Notes: generated by a model not told the origin, from the letters alone. A stretch of 64,000 nt of DNA from Armatimonadia bacterium (GCA_039683575.1 JBDKRC010000245.1:20909-84908), one strand, 5' to 3'. Positions 46,423 to 57,197 are shown, counted from the stretch's first letter. Numbers and translations are program-made.

Positions 46423-48348
46423 ATGGCCGCTGACTCCATCGGCGACGCTGTCCGTACCCGCCGCGCCAAAGGCCTGCAGTTTGCCTTCGCACTGACGGCT
46501 GCGGTCGTTTTGCTTCGCTCCCTGCCAGTCACCTCCGGGCTCCCTGTCTTCTCGCTCATCGAGAACTTCGCCTACGACTTCTACTTCCAGCATCGCCCCG
46601 TTCGGGACATGAGCCGCTTCGTCATCATCGCGATAGACGAGGAAAGCCTCCTACCCGAGCACCTCGGCCGCTTCCCGTGGCCTCGCTCCGCCTATGCCGC
46701 CCTCCTCCCCCGTCTGGCACAGGCCGACGCAGTGGGAGTTGACCTGCTGTTCTCCGAGCCTTCACCCGAGGACGCTGCCCTTGCCAAAGCCATGCAGCGC
46801 CACGGACGCGTGGTTCTAGCCGCCCACAAACGCCGCGTAGAGAAGGGCGCCATCGCCTGGCAGGGATATGGTCAACACGATGTCGGCAGGATCCCGGTGG
46901 CGCACTCGGAAGAGGAATTCGTGCCTCCGGTCCCACTGCTCGCCAAAGCTGCCGCAGGCATCGGCTACGTGGACATCGTCCCCGACCGCGACGGCATCTA
47001 CCGGCGCGTCAAACCCCTGGAAGTCGGCAACGGAGGCTACCTCTACCCTCACTTCTCCTGTGAGCTTGCCCGCCTTGTGACCAAGACCGCTCCGGCGCTG
47101 CTAGCCTCCTCCGCGGCTCAAGGCAATCTCACCATCGGCCCCAGGAAGGTTCCACTCTCCCAGGGCCGCATGTTGATCAACTACGCAGGGCCTGTCGAGA
47201 CCGTCACCTATCTTCCCTTCTGGAAGGTCCTCGCAGGCCAGTACGGCCCCGAAACCTTCCGCAACAAGATCGTCCTCATCGGCCCCACTGCCGCCGGCCT
47301 CTATGACATCCGCCCCGCACCCTTCGCCCGCAACAATCGTGTATTCTTCGGCGTGGAGACCAATGCCAACATCGCCGCCACTCTCCTCTCCGGCGAAGTC
47401 TTGCGCGACTTCCGCGGCTCGACGGTGTGGGCGCTCTACGCCCTGCTGGTCGGGATGCTAACCGCCTGTGCCATCTGGAACTCCCGCGACGCGCTCGCCG
47501 CCGTCCTCGGCGTGATGACTGTCGCCTTCCTGGCCCTCCCCGCCTTCTTCGTAGGCGTCGCCCTGCTTCATCAGGTGGTCCCCTACGGCGGCATCGTCCT
47601 CGCCGCGGTCCTGCCCATGGCTGTTGCCCTCTACGAGCGCCTCGGTGCCGAGAAGCGCGAAGTCACCCGCCAGTTCGCTACCTATGTCTCTCCTGACGTC
47701 CTGCACGAACTCGCCGAGAATCCGGAGTTGGTACGCGTCGGCCAACGTCGCGAAGTCACCATCCTCTTCTCTGACGTTCGTGGCTCAACGACTATCGTCG
47801 AAAACATGGAGCCTGACGTCTGGATTGCCCAGCTGAACGAGTACCTCTCTGAGATGAGCGACGCCATCTTTGCCTATGACGGGTATCTGGACAAGTTCAT
47901 GGGCGATGGCATCATGGTCCTCTGGAATGCCTTCGGCAATCAGCCTGACCACGCCCAGCTTGCCACCAAGAGCGCCCTGCAGATGCTGGAGCGTCTCCGC
48001 CACCTGAACGAGCAGTGGGAGCATGTGGAGGGCCGGGTACCCCTCCGCATCGGCATTGGCCTGCACACTGGCGAAGTTGTCGTTGGCAATGTCGGGTCCA
48101 ATCGCCGTGCCCAGTACACTGCAATTGGCGACTCCGTAAACACTGCCTCGCGCCTCGAGGCCCTTACGAAGGACTTCAGCGCCGAGGTGCTGCTGAGTGA
48201 GACGACGGCGGCGGCTGTGGAGCAGTCCCTTCAGCTTGTCGAACTCGGTGAAGCCCGCCTTAAGGGCCGCGAGAAGCCGCTCAAAGTCTACAAGCCGCAT
48301 GGCTATCAGGGAGAGACGAAGGGCTGCATCACACAGGAGCACAAATAG
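46423..48348 (+). CDS. CHASE2-domain class III adenylate/guanylate cyclase
   Basis: IAIDEES, GRFPWPR, DRDGIYRR, three TM helices; FSDVRG, DKFMGDG, YTAIGDSVNTASRLE. Confidence 0.93.
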   Translation: MAADSIGDAVRTRRAKGLQFAFALTAAVVLLRSLPVTSGLPVFSLIENFAYDFYFQHRPVRDMSRFVIIAIDEESLLPEHLGRFPWPRSAYAALLPRLAQADAVGVDLLFSEPSPEDAALAKAMQRHGRVVLAAHKRRVEKGAIAWQGYGQHDVGRIPVAHSEEEFVPPVPLLAKAAAGIGYVDIVPDRDGIYRRVKPLEVGNGGYLYPHFSCELARLVTKTAPALLASSAAQGNLTIGPRKVPLSQGRMLINYAGPVETVTYLPFWKVLAGQYGPETFRNKIVLIGPTAAGLYDIRPAPFARNNRVFFGVETNANIAATLLSGEVLRDFRGSTVWALYALLVGMLTACAIWNSRDALAAVLGVMTVAFLALPAFFVGVALLHQVVPYGGIVLAAVLPMAVALYERLGAEKREVTRQFATYVSPDVLHELAENPELVRVGQRREVTILFSDVRGSTTIVENMEPDVWIAQLNEYLSEMSDAIFAYDGYLDKFMGDGIMVLWNAFGNQPDHAQLATKSALQMLERLRHLNEQWEHVEGRVPLRIGIGLHTGEVVVGNVGSNRRAQYTAIGDSVNTASRLEALTKDFSAEVLLSETTAAAVEQSLQLVELGEARLKGREKPLKVYKPHGYQGETKGCITQEHK

Positions 48349-48368
48349 CCGCCTCGGGAGTCACCACC

Positions 48369-49541
48369 ATGTTCGGCATCTTTGGCAAGAAGAAGAAGGC
48401 CCCGCAGACCTCGCAAGCACTCCTCTCCGATGCACTCTCCGACCTGCTTCACGACCAGCAGGTGAAGGACAAGCGCAAGCGCCGTCGCCGGTTGGGCCTT
48501 CCCGGCTGGCTGGACAGACGCCTCCTCATTGGCCTCGCCATCATCTTTGTGCTGGTCATTGCCGACGCCGTCCGCCGCGAAAACCAGGAGTTCTCCGCCG
48601 TAGTTACGAACTTCGGTGGCACCGTCACCGCTCAGCCCCCCGACGGCCACGCTGCTCCCGTCAAGATCAAGCAGAAGCTGGTCGACCGCACCAACGTCGT
48701 CACCGCTGCCGGCTCCTGGGTCGACCTCGCTTTCCCCGACGGCAGCAAGGTCGCCCTCGACGGCAACACCGACTTCCAGGTCAAGCTCCTGGAGTATCAC
48801 CGTGGCGGGCAATGGCGCTCGCGCTCATTCTTCCTCAAGTCCGGGCGCATCTTTGCTCGCATCGGCCAGAACTTCGGCAAGGAATCTGAACTCCGTGTCT
48901 ACACTCCCGGCTGTGTCGCAGCCGCCCGCGGCACTCGCTTCAGCGTTCAGGCTGAAGCCAGCGGCGGCGCCCGCACCGTCTGTGGCGATGGCGTTGTCGA
49001 GGTCAAGGGTTTCAACGGAGACCGCATGTTCGTCCGCGGCTCCGGCGAATGTAGCGCCACACCCGGTACCAGCCCCACTCGGCCCGTAGTTGCCCCCTCT
49101 TCAGACCTCGCCGCCTTCCGGCACGCCTCCATGAACGAGATCATCCGCACGGATCCCTGGTACAAGCAAGCCGAACTGACCATCACCCAGACCCTCGACG
49201 CACCGCTGACCATCCTCGGCATCGGCAAGTGCAGTTGGGCCGTCGGAGCCGCCGACTTCGCCCGCCGCACCAACGCCCAGGAGGCTCTGCGCAAGATCAG
49301 GGTCAACCTCGAGGGCGACGCCAACTACCCGCTATGGGTCAACCCCGCCACGCTGGAGGAGCTACAGATCAAGGAAGAGGGCGGCGTGGAGAAAATCCTG
49401 AAGAACTTCGACGGGGCAGGGATCGAAAGCTACCGTTCCGATGGCCGCCGCTTCGTCATCACAGTCCGAGCCCGCGACCGCCATCGTACCCGCTATGAGC
49501 TGACTCAGGCTGTCATCCGCAAGTCGAAGGAACAGGACTAG
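48369..49541 (+). CDS. FecR-domain membrane protein
   Basis: One TM helix; [35 protein letters not shown]. Confidence 0.8.
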   Translation: MFGIFGKKKKAPQTSQALLSDALSDLLHDQQVKDKRKRRRRLGLPGWLDRRLLIGLAIIFVLVIADAVRRENQEFSAVVTNFGGTVTAQPPDGHAAPVKIKQKLVDRTNVVTAAGSWVDLAFPDGSKVALDGNTDFQVKLLEYHRGGQWRSRSFFLKSGRIFARIGQNFGKESELRVYTPGCVAAARGTRFSVQAEASGGARTVCGDGVVEVKGFNGDRMFVRGSGECSATPGTSPTRPVVAPSSDLAAFRHASMNEIIRTDPWYKQAELTITQTLDAPLTILGIGKCSWAVGAADFARRTNAQEALRKIRVNLEGDANYPLWVNPATLEELQIKEEGGVEKILKNFDGAGIESYRSDGRRFVITVRARDRHRTRYELTQAVIRKSKEQD

Positions 49542-49623
49542 GGCTAACTCTCACCTATCAGAGCAGGAATATCCCGATCAGTGTCCAATACCTTGGCAAA
49601 CCAAACCCATCGGAGGGGTCATC

Positions 49624-50271
49624 ATGCGCAGAGGCTTCACTCTCATTGAGTTGTTGGTCGTCATTGCGATCATCGCGATCCTCGCTGCCATACTCTTCCC
49701 GGTCTTTGCCAAAGCCCGTGAAAAGGCCCGCCAGTCGTCCTGTCTCTCGAACCTCAAGCAAATCGGTCTCGCCGTGCTGCAATACGTTCAGGACTACGAC
49801 GAGAAGTTCCCTTATTCCGCCCAGTACACGCCCTGGCACGCCTACATCGCCGAAGGCGGCAGTGGCCGTATTCCGACCTTCCAGCAGTTTCTCCACAAGG
49901 CAGTTGCCCCGTACACCAAAAACGACCAGATCTGGACCTGTCCAAGCGGGCAGTGGTACCACGGCGGCGTCTATGCCACCGCCAACGATGAAAGCAGCTA
50001 TATGTGGAATGCCGGCGACGGCTGCAACCGCCTCGGCGGCCTTGCCCTGGCCGTCCTCAAGGAACCCTCTCGCACGCCCGTAGCCTGGGATCGCTGGGGT
50101 AACGGCACCTCCGCCATCCACAACGAGGGGATCAACCTCGTCGCCGCCGATGGCCACGCGAAGTGGTACCGCACTTGGAGCGACACCTACTCTCCCTACC
50201 AGTGGAACTATGCCAGTGGCGAAGCCGGCTCCACCGGCCTCATGGACCCCAAACCCATAAGCCGCATGTAA
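49624..50271 (+). CDS. Prepilin-type N-terminal cleavage/methylation, DUF1559 / H-X9-DG domain protein
   Basis: [51 protein letters not shown]. Confidence 0.93.
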   Translation: MRRGFTLIELLVVIAIIAILAAILFPVFAKAREKARQSSCLSNLKQIGLAVLQYVQDYDEKFPYSAQYTPWHAYIAEGGSGRIPTFQQFLHKAVAPYTKNDQIWTCPSGQWYHGGVYATANDESSYMWNAGDGCNRLGGLALAVLKEPSRTPVAWDRWGNGTSAIHNEGINLVAADGHAKWYRTWSDTYSPYQWNYASGEAGSTGLMDPKPISRM

Positions 50272-50292
50272 CCTCACCTCCGCAGAAACACG

Positions 50293-50324
50293 AAGACGCC
50301 GGCAGTAGTCCTGCCGGCGTCTTT
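50293..50324 (+). terminator. Intrinsic terminator
   Basis: AAGACGCCGGCAG-TAGTC-CTGCCGGCGTCTTT. Confidence 0.7.
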
Positions 50325-50411
50325 AGCATGTTCCGAACCCCTCTGTACGAGCAATCACTGATCGCGACTATCCACGACTAACCCTCGCTCCCCGGCCTCG
50401 GAACCTCTCCC

Positions 50412-50456
50412 GGTAGGAGCGCTCCCCCCGCAAACGTAGACGTCCGCAGCGCGACC
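50412..50456 (+). repeat. GTAG-type REP-like element
   Basis: GGTAGGAGCGCTCCCC...GCGCGA shared with the 41054 copy. Confidence 0.6.
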
Positions 50457-50498
50457 ATCTGCGGCAAAGCCTCGATGCCCCGCCTTAGCTGAGCTTCA

Positions 50499-51194
50499 CT
50501 ACCTCCCCCTCAGCACCCTCGCTACCACCGGCAACATCGCCTCCGCCACAACCTTCTGCCCCTCCGGATTGGGATGGCACCCATCCAGCATCAGCTCATC
50601 GAGGTCCTTCCCCATCAGCGCCAACTCCGCCCACTGCGCGAAATGATCCACCACTGGCGCCGCCTCCTCCACCGCGACCCGCCGCACCGCCTGCACGTAG
50701 GGCAGCATCGCCCAATTCGGCCCCTGCTCCCGGTACGGCGACCATGCCATGTACGCAAACTTCCGCCCCAGCGGAATCGGCGTCATCAGCACCGCCGTCG
50801 CCCCCTGCTGCCGCACCATCCGCACCATCACCCTCAAGTTCTCCTCATACACTGCCAGCGGCAGCCGCGATGCCGTATGCCCCTGGTCAACCGCCGCATC
50901 GTTTGTAGCATACATAATGGTAACTAGCAGTGGCGCCCGCGTCTTCATCTCCCCCTCGAGCCGCTTCACCGCCATGTCAGTCCGCTCCCCGCCGATCCCC
51001 GCATTACTGACCTCCACCTCAAGCCCCGCCGCGACCAGCCTCGCCTGCAGCACCGCCTCGTATGTCTGCTCCTCCGTCACACCACTGCGCGCCCCCTTGG
51101 TGATCGAATCGCCCATGCACAAGACCCGCAGCGGAGCGCCCTGTGCCGCCCAGCACACTGCCAATGCCAGCACGACCGTAATCCATGCCATCAT
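50499..51194 (-). CDS. SGNH/GDSL hydrolase, secreted
   Basis: GDSIT, NAGIGG, ATND, DGCHP. Confidence 0.92.
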   Translation of the reverse strand: MMAWITVVLALAVCWAAQGAPLRVLCMGDSITKGARSGVTEEQTYEAVLQARLVAAGLEVEVSNAGIGGERTDMAVKRLEGEMKTRAPLLVTIMYATNDAAVDQGHTASRLPLAVYEENLRVMVRMVRQQGATAVLMTPIPLGRKFAYMAWSPYREQGPNWAMLPYVQAVRRVAVEEAAPVVDHFAQWAELALMGKDLDELMLDGCHPNPEGQKVVAEAMLPVVARVLRGR

Positions 51195-51209
51195 CGCGCC
51201 CTCCCTCAA

Positions 51210-52592
51210 CTACTTCCCGCACACCATCTGGGCCCGCAGCAAGGTCGCCGCAGCCGGTCCCAACGGCTTCCTGCCCACTGGCGTCTGGAGCGCCAGGTCG
51301 AAGATCTTCCGGTCCCACTGGCATAGCTCGATCCAATCGGCAGAGACCAACCCGAACTTGTCCCCACGAACCGCACACGTCGGCCCCAGCTTCGGGTCGG
51401 TCTCCGACTGATTCCACATCAGGTCCAGCACCGTCCGCGTGAACCGCTTCATATCATCATCCGTGAACACCACCCCGCGCCGCGCCGCCTCTATGGCAAA
51501 CCCAATGTCAATGTGCCCATGGCTGGTGTCCTCAAACCCCGAATGCCCCGCCTCACCTGCCTCGATCCAGTCCCAGTAGTACCAAACCCACGCCGCGTCC
51601 TGCTCCATCAAGCTCCTCCGGAAGAACTTCGCCATCTGTTCCGCGCGCTTTCCCATCAGCGGGTCCGCCCCAGGAACATCCTTGAGCACCAGAAACGCCC
51701 GCGCCAGCGCCAGGTACTGGTTGTGCGGCATCACGCGGTTTGGGAAGCGGTCCGTGATCAGGTCCGCAAACCGGTACCCTCCCGCCCCGTCCGGCAGATC
51801 CACCCAGTCCCGCTCATGCTTCTGCAGGAAATTGCGGTTCATGAACTGCAGAAACTTCTCAGCACTCGCCCCAAACCGCTCCTTCAGCTTCTCGTCCTTC
51901 GCCACCGCCTCAATGAACACCGCCACCGGATGCGCCACCATCCCCTCATGCACGACAAACTCGGTCGGTTCCGGCTGCATGGTTCGCACCATGAACTTGT
52001 CGCCAGCGCGCGGCGCCCCCTTGATCGTTACCTTGCAGCCCGGCACCGCCGTAATCTGTGCCCCGTCCTTGTACGCCTGCTTCCCCGCCACCAGTTTCCG
52101 CGTGGTCTGGTCCGTAACCGCAAACGTTGCCTCATCCGCAAACTCAACCACATACACATGCCCGGTGATCTGCTTCATCTGGTCGCCATTCGTCGTGCGC
52201 GTGAACGGCGGCTCAACAGTCCCTGTTCCCATGTTGCACAGCGGCTGGGCCCAGTACACCGCTGCCGAATAAGTCGCCGTCGTCCATCCCAGGAAGCCAT
52301 CCCCATCCGGGTCGCTGGCATTCCCGATCATCCGGTTGAAATGGTCCTCAATCTTGCTCAGCCAGTAAGTGTCCTTCGTCACCAGCCACAGGTCCGAATA
52401 CGCCCGCAGATAGGAGGCTTCTCCCCATGCCAGCGTCCCGGAGTCGGAACTCGCCGACAGGCCCTGGCCCTCGTTCTTGCTCAGGTCCCAGGCTTTGAAC
52501 TCCTCCGCCAGCTTCGCCACGTCCAGCGCCTGCGCCATCAGCGGTCCCACCGCCACCATCAGCAACACGAATGTGCTTAGCAGTTTCATCAT
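51210..52592 (-). CDS. Secreted hypothetical protein, possible alpha/alpha-toroid carbohydrate-active enzyme
   Basis: Signal peptide; LAWGEASYL, PHNQ, WYYW, EDTSHG. Confidence 0.65.
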   Translation of the reverse strand: MMKLLSTFVLLMVAVGPLMAQALDVAKLAEEFKAWDLSKNEGQGLSASSDSGTLAWGEASYLRAYSDLWLVTKDTYWLSKIEDHFNRMIGNASDPDGDGFLGWTTATYSAAVYWAQPLCNMGTGTVEPPFTRTTNGDQMKQITGHVYVVEFADEATFAVTDQTTRKLVAGKQAYKDGAQITAVPGCKVTIKGAPRAGDKFMVRTMQPEPTEFVVHEGMVAHPVAVFIEAVAKDEKLKERFGASAEKFLQFMNRNFLQKHERDWVDLPDGAGGYRFADLITDRFPNRVMPHNQYLALARAFLVLKDVPGADPLMGKRAEQMAKFFRRSLMEQDAAWVWYYWDWIEAGEAGHSGFEDTSHGHIDIGFAIEAARRGVVFTDDDMKRFTRTVLDLMWNQSETDPKLGPTCAVRGDKFGLVSADWIELCQWDRKIFDLALQTPVGRKPLGPAAATLLRAQMVCGK

Positions 52593-52629
52593 GACCTCCC
52601 GGAGCATTCGCCCTCCGCTTTCCCGCCTG

Positions 52630-54201
52630 ATGCAGGAAATCCCTGCCCTCCTGCCGAACACCCAGCCCATGCCCCGGCCGCTGTGGTATCTCATCCCCCT
52701 CGCCCTCCTCGTCTACCTGGCCTGCTTCAACTCCCTCCAAGTAGGCCAGCACGTGGACGACGCCAGCTACGTGATGCTTGCCCAGTCCCTCCTCACCGGC
52801 CACGGCTACAGCCAGGTCGCCTATCCTGACAACCCGCCAGAGAGCAAATACCCGCCCCTATTGCCCCTTCTCATCGCGCCCTTCCTTTGGCTAACCGGCG
52901 GCGCGCTATGGGCCACCCGTCTCCCGGCCCTGCTCTGCGCCCTCGCCAGCCTCCCTGTCCTCTACACCCTCCTCAGACGCCTCCTGCCGGACCAGCAGCC
53001 CTGGCTCCTGCTAACCGTCGTTGCCCTGCATCCCGTGATCGTCGGCTACGCGGGCATGGCCATGACCGAGGCCCCCAGCCTCCTCCTGTCCTGGGCGTTG
53101 CTTCTCCTGCTGTTGCCGTCACTGGGAGCGCTTCAGCGACGTCCGTGTAGCAGGGCATCCTTGCCCGCATCTGAAGCCGTTTCCGGTGCCCCAGCCCGCC
53201 TGTCCCCTAAGACCGCCGCCGCTCTCGGCTTCCTCCTCGGCCTCGGCCTACTCCTCCGCACCGACACCCTCGCCCTCGCCGCGGCCGTTCTCCTCTGCCT
53301 TCTCCTGAGCAGGCAATGGCGTGCGACCCTCCACGTCCTCATCCTCATGCTCGCCGTCTACTTCCCGTGGCACTACCACGTGTCCCACCTCGGTGCCTCG
53401 GGGGGCATGTCATACCTCGCCGAACTCAAAACCGGCTGGTGGGACCCGTCGCCCCTCCCGCTCCGCCTCTGGCACGGCCTCACCCGCTACGCTTTCGACG
53501 CCCTCCCCCAGATGGTCGGTCTGGTCTTCGGCACCACCCTGGAAGCCAAAGCCGCCGCCCTTGGCCTCGCGCCCGTCATCACCGCCCTCAAAATCACCCT
53601 CGGCTTCCTCGTAATCGCAGGCTTCGCCCGCACTTGGCGCACCTTCCCAGTGGTCATCTCCCTCTTCGTGCTAATCCGCTTCGCCATGCTCGTTCCGTGG
53701 CCGCTGCAGACCCGTTACCTCCTGCCGCTCCTGCCCTTCCTGATCCTCTACCTCCTCAGCGGCCTATCCTGGCTTGTTGACCGCATCCCTCGCCTCCGCT
53801 TCTCCCCCCGCGCCCAGCACGCCGTTCTCGCCCTCCTCCTCATCTTCGCCCTCGGCCGCGACGCGCTCCTCGTCGTCCGCCCGCCCCGCCTGCTCTACCC
53901 GGACCTCGTTCGCGGCGGTCGCATGATCCAGGAGCATGTCCCCCCGGACGCCGTCGTCGCCGCCTCTTGGTCCGCCAAATCCTTCTACCTCTACAGCGGC
54001 CATACAGCCCGCGAAGTGTCCCTGTCCGCAGGCCCGCTCAGCCCTGACGCCCTGCTGAGACAGCTCGGCGACACCCGCTATCTCCTTCTCGCTCGCGGCC
54101 CCAACGACCCGCCGCGCGACCTCGCCGCCCTGCTGCATGACCCGCGATTTGCCGTCCAAGCAGAGGAAAATGGCCTGACTCTGCTGAAAATCACCCAATA
54201 G
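52630..54201 (+). CDS. GT-C fold membrane glycosyltransferase (ArnT/PMT-like); start uncertain
   Basis: DDASY...AQSL, YPPL, MTEAP, RYLLP; many TM segments. Confidence 0.8.
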   Translation: MQEIPALLPNTQPMPRPLWYLIPLALLVYLACFNSLQVGQHVDDASYVMLAQSLLTGHGYSQVAYPDNPPESKYPPLLPLLIAPFLWLTGGALWATRLPALLCALASLPVLYTLLRRLLPDQQPWLLLTVVALHPVIVGYAGMAMTEAPSLLLSWALLLLLLPSLGALQRRPCSRASLPASEAVSGAPARLSPKTAAALGFLLGLGLLLRTDTLALAAAVLLCLLLSRQWRATLHVLILMLAVYFPWHYHVSHLGASGGMSYLAELKTGWWDPSPLPLRLWHGLTRYAFDALPQMVGLVFGTTLEAKAAALGLAPVITALKITLGFLVIAGFARTWRTFPVVISLFVLIRFAMLVPWPLQTRYLLPLLPFLILYLLSGLSWLVDRIPRLRFSPRAQHAVLALLLIFALGRDALLVVRPPRLLYPDLVRGGRMIQEHVPPDAVVAASWSAKSFYLYSGHTAREVSLSAGPLSPDALLRQLGDTRYLLLARGPNDPPRDLAALLHDPRFAVQAEENGLTLLKITQ

Positions 54202-54219
54202 AAGCTTTGACACTCTGTG

Positions 54220-54238
54220 GTAGGGCTCTCCAGAGCCC
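54220..54238 (+). repeat. GTAG-type REP-like hairpin
   Basis: GTA-GGGCTCT-CC-AGAGCCC. Confidence 0.45.
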
Positions 54239-54271
54239 GAGATCACCGACAATCCGCCCGGGAGCCCCAAC

Positions 54272-55357
54272 ATGACCTTCAACCCCCAGCCGCTCGAGTT
54301 CAAGCAGAACTTCGACGACGCCCTCCGCCGCATGGAAGCCTTCTGGGCTGGTGAGATCATCGACCGCCCCGCCTGCGGTATCACCGCGCCCCTCCCTGGC
54401 AAGCAGCCCCTTCCCGGCACCGTCTACATGGAGGGCGCCCGCGAGGAGTTCGCCCCCATCATAGACCGCGCCCTGCACAACGCCTCCTGTACCTGGTACG
54501 GCGGCGAGGCCATGCCCTTCTACACCCCCAGTTTCGGCCCCGACCAGTGGGCCGCCTGGATGGGCGCCGATCTGCAGTGGGCCAGCGACGAGGAGCAGAG
54601 CCGCACAAGCTGGGTCGTCCCCTTCGTCGAAAGCTGGGAGGACGCGTTCCCGCTCCACATTGACACGGAGGGCAAGTGGTGGCGCCGCATGCTGGACTTC
54701 GTCACCGCCCTCGGCGAGGCGATGCAGGGCAAAATGCTCGTCTCCCATCTCGACCTCCACAGCAACGCCGACGCCCTTTCTGCCATCCGCACCCCGGCCC
54801 GCCTCTGCATGGACTTCTATGACTACCCCTATCTCATCGACAAAGCCATGCGCCAGGTCCGCGGCCTGTTCCCCTTCGTCTACGAAAGCCTCTTCCAGGC
54901 CGGCCGCATGCCCACCAGCGGCACGCAGGGCTGGGTCCCGCTCTATCACCCCGGCCGCACCAACACCATCCAGTGCGACTTCCTCGCCCTTATCGGCCCC
55001 GAACAGTCCCGCCGCTACGTCATCCCCGCTCTCGACGAGGAAGCCTCCTATCTCGACTCCTGCTCGTACCACTTTGACGGCCCCGAGTGCCTCGTCCACC
55101 TCGACGACATCCTCGCCGTCGAGGGCATTCAGGTCATCCAATGGGTCTGCGGCGCCCGCAACAAGCCTAACATCGAGTGGCTCGACCTCTTCAAGCGCAT
55201 CCAGGCCGCGGGCAAGGGCCTCTGGCTCGCCACCAACCCCGAAGAACTCAAAATCTACATGAAGGAACTCCGCCCCGAGGGCATGTACTACCAAATGAGC
55301 GTCAGCACCCCCGAAGAGGGCCAGCGCGTCCTGGACTGGATGTCAGCCAACACCTGA
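54272..55357 (+). CDS. Uroporphyrinogen decarboxylase-like (MtaA/CmuA-related) protein
   Basis: D.LSAIR, QCDF, YHFDGP, IQWVCG TIM-barrel motifs. Confidence 0.75.
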   Translation: MTFNPQPLEFKQNFDDALRRMEAFWAGEIIDRPACGITAPLPGKQPLPGTVYMEGAREEFAPIIDRALHNASCTWYGGEAMPFYTPSFGPDQWAAWMGADLQWASDEEQSRTSWVVPFVESWEDAFPLHIDTEGKWWRRMLDFVTALGEAMQGKMLVSHLDLHSNADALSAIRTPARLCMDFYDYPYLIDKAMRQVRGLFPFVYESLFQAGRMPTSGTQGWVPLYHPGRTNTIQCDFLALIGPEQSRRYVIPALDEEASYLDSCSYHFDGPECLVHLDDILAVEGIQVIQWVCGARNKPNIEWLDLFKRIQAAGKGLWLATNPEELKIYMKELRPEGMYYQMSVSTPEEGQRVLDWMSANT

Positions 55358-55378
55358 GGCAGTCTCGCGAAAACGAAA

Positions 55379-55407
55379 CGGGGACAGACCATTGTGGCCT
55401 GTCCCCG
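55379..55407. repeat. GGGGACAG...CTGTCCCC hairpin between convergent genes (terminator or repeat)
   Basis: CGGGGACAGACCA-TTG-TGGCCTGTCCCCG. Confidence 0.55.
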
Positions 55408-55434
55408 GTGTCTTCTGCTCTGGATTGTTGTCTT

Positions 55435-56382
55435 CTAGTTTGTGGGCCAGACCAGATCCCAGCGGCCCATGTACGGTCGCAGGGCCTCGCCGTACTTCAG
55501 CGTCAGTAGGCCCTCGCCCGCTGTTGCTACCTTCGCGAATTCCGCTGCCGGAATAACCCAATTAGCCCGCTTCTGCGGCCACAGCAGCACGTAGAAAGCC
55601 GCCTTCTCGTCTGGCTTCACGCTCCAGCTAGCGCTCGTGCCCTCTAGCACTGGCAGCACAAAATGCAACTGCGCGCCTGCCTCAGGCATCTTGTCCGTCA
55701 ACCCCACAACCTTCTCACTCGCTACCAGCGGCGCGCCCGTAGCCGCGGCCGCCCCAGCGGTTGTAGATGCGACCACCTGCGGCGTGGGCAGCGGTGGCTG
55801 GTACTGCCCCGTCAGCTTCATCTGCTGGAGTAGACTCTTGTACCCAGGCCGCAGAATGTCTTTGCTGCCTAGTGGCGCCGCAAAGACCACCTGTATCAGG
55901 TCCGTGCCGCCCTTGTTAGCCCAGAAATTGGTGAAGAGGGCGATCTCCATGTAAGTATCGAGTTTCCCCGTCGTCCCCTCGGACAGCCCATTCAGTATCT
56001 GGCCGTTTCCCTTGCCTATGACCATCAACTTCCCCGCCGGACGCCCGGCGAGATTGAAGCCGGTCTCGATCATCGGCTCAAGCTTCCGGCCCTGCACGAA
56101 CTCGTCGAGTGCGTCGATCATATCGTCAAGCAGGAACTGCCCCTTACTTCGTGATGCGACGACATAGAGTACTGCACGCCCTGACTGCACGTCCCTGTAC
56201 CAACCACCAAGAAAAGTCCCGCCCAGCCGGTGTGGAATCTTGTTCTCCGCCGCCTGTTGCCATCCTGCAGGCGTCGTAAGAACCAGATCATAGTCTGCAG
56301 AACTGCCCGCCGTGGCAGCCAATATCTGCCCAGCCGGGGCAAGCATCGCAATACACAGCCCAAAAACCGTCGCGAATCTCAA
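55435..56382 (-). CDS. Secreted hypothetical protein (two domains, Pro/Ala/Thr linker)
   Basis: TTG start after GAGG; signal peptide; clean 315-aa ORF. Confidence 0.7.
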   Translation of the reverse strand: MRFATVFGLCIAMLAPAGQILAATAGSSADYDLVLTTPAGWQQAAENKIPHRLGGTFLGGWYRDVQSGRAVLYVVASRSKGQFLLDDMIDALDEFVQGRKLEPMIETGFNLAGRPAGKLMVIGKGNGQILNGLSEGTTGKLDTYMEIALFTNFWANKGGTDLIQVVFAAPLGSKDILRPGYKSLLQQMKLTGQYQPPLPTPQVVASTTAGAAAATGAPLVASEKVVGLTDKMPEAGAQLHFVLPVLEGTSASWSVKPDEKAAFYVLLWPQKRANWVIPAAEFAKVATAGEGLLTLKYGEALRPYMGRWDLVWPTN

Positions 56383-56471
56383 CGTGGCACCTCATAGAAT
56401 CGCCGCACGCGCAACCAGCGGTCACGCGTGCGGCAGTGGCTCTTCATCTTAGCCTTCAGACCGGCACCAGA

Positions 56472-57011
56472 TCAGGGGTCAATCCAGTTGTACATCTTGT
56501 GGGTCAGCCTGATGGTCTTCGTTACTGTCCGATGATGCTTCACCACTGGCGCGATTGCCGTGTACTGGGTGATGAAGTAGTTCTGGAACGTGTAAGGGTC
56601 GTTGACGCTACCCTTGAACCGCTCGTTGCAGTCCTGTCGCGCAGACGTCTGCGGGTTGTTGTTGGCCTTCACGCGCAGCCACACGGGCAGAGCGTCCTTG
56701 TTCATAATGTACACGCGCTTGGCGGCCGGAATCTGCACCGGCTTGTAGAGCTGCGTGTCGCCCGCTGCCGGCTCCGGCAGGGCGCCGGTCTCGCGCAACG
56801 TCGTCGGTACGGTCTGGGACATGAAATCGTCCAGTTCGCGTTCCCCGACTGCCGTCAGAACAATCACAACGTCCTTCTTGTAGGTGCCATAGTCCCGCGT
56901 GTCTACCCGGATCGGATAGTCTTTCGTCGGCACCTGTGCGGCCATTGCTGCGACCTGCAGCAGCAGACTGGCTGCCACAACAGCGATCACTGTGATACGT
57001 ACTGATCTCAT
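56472..57011 (-). CDS. Secreted hypothetical protein
   Basis: AGGAGG RBS; signal peptide ..VAAMAA. Confidence 0.7.
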   Translation of the reverse strand: MRSVRITVIAVVAASLLLQVAAMAAQVPTKDYPIRVDTRDYGTYKKDVVIVLTAVGERELDDFMSQTVPTTLRETGALPEPAAGDTQLYKPVQIPAAKRVYIMNKDALPVWLRVKANNNPQTSARQDCNERFKGSVNDPYTFQNYFITQYTAIAPVVKHHRTVTKTIRLTHKMYNWIDP

Positions 57012-57168
57012 CAGTACAATCCCCTCCTTCGGTTTCTCAACTGTTACGGATCTTGTACTGCCGTACGGCTATGCTTCCCACTTTGGAGAGCTCAATCACC
57101 CCCTTGGATGCTCTCACACGTCCCCACCTGGGATACCTTGGCCGGTACACGTCAAGAAGAACCGTCCT

Positions 57169-57197
57169 ATTATTCGCACGCCAATCTCGCATGTCAA
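57169..57197 (-). promoter_or_regulatory. Sigma70-type promoter for the two secreted genes
   Basis: Minus strand TTGACA-17 bp-AATAAT. Confidence 0.55.
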
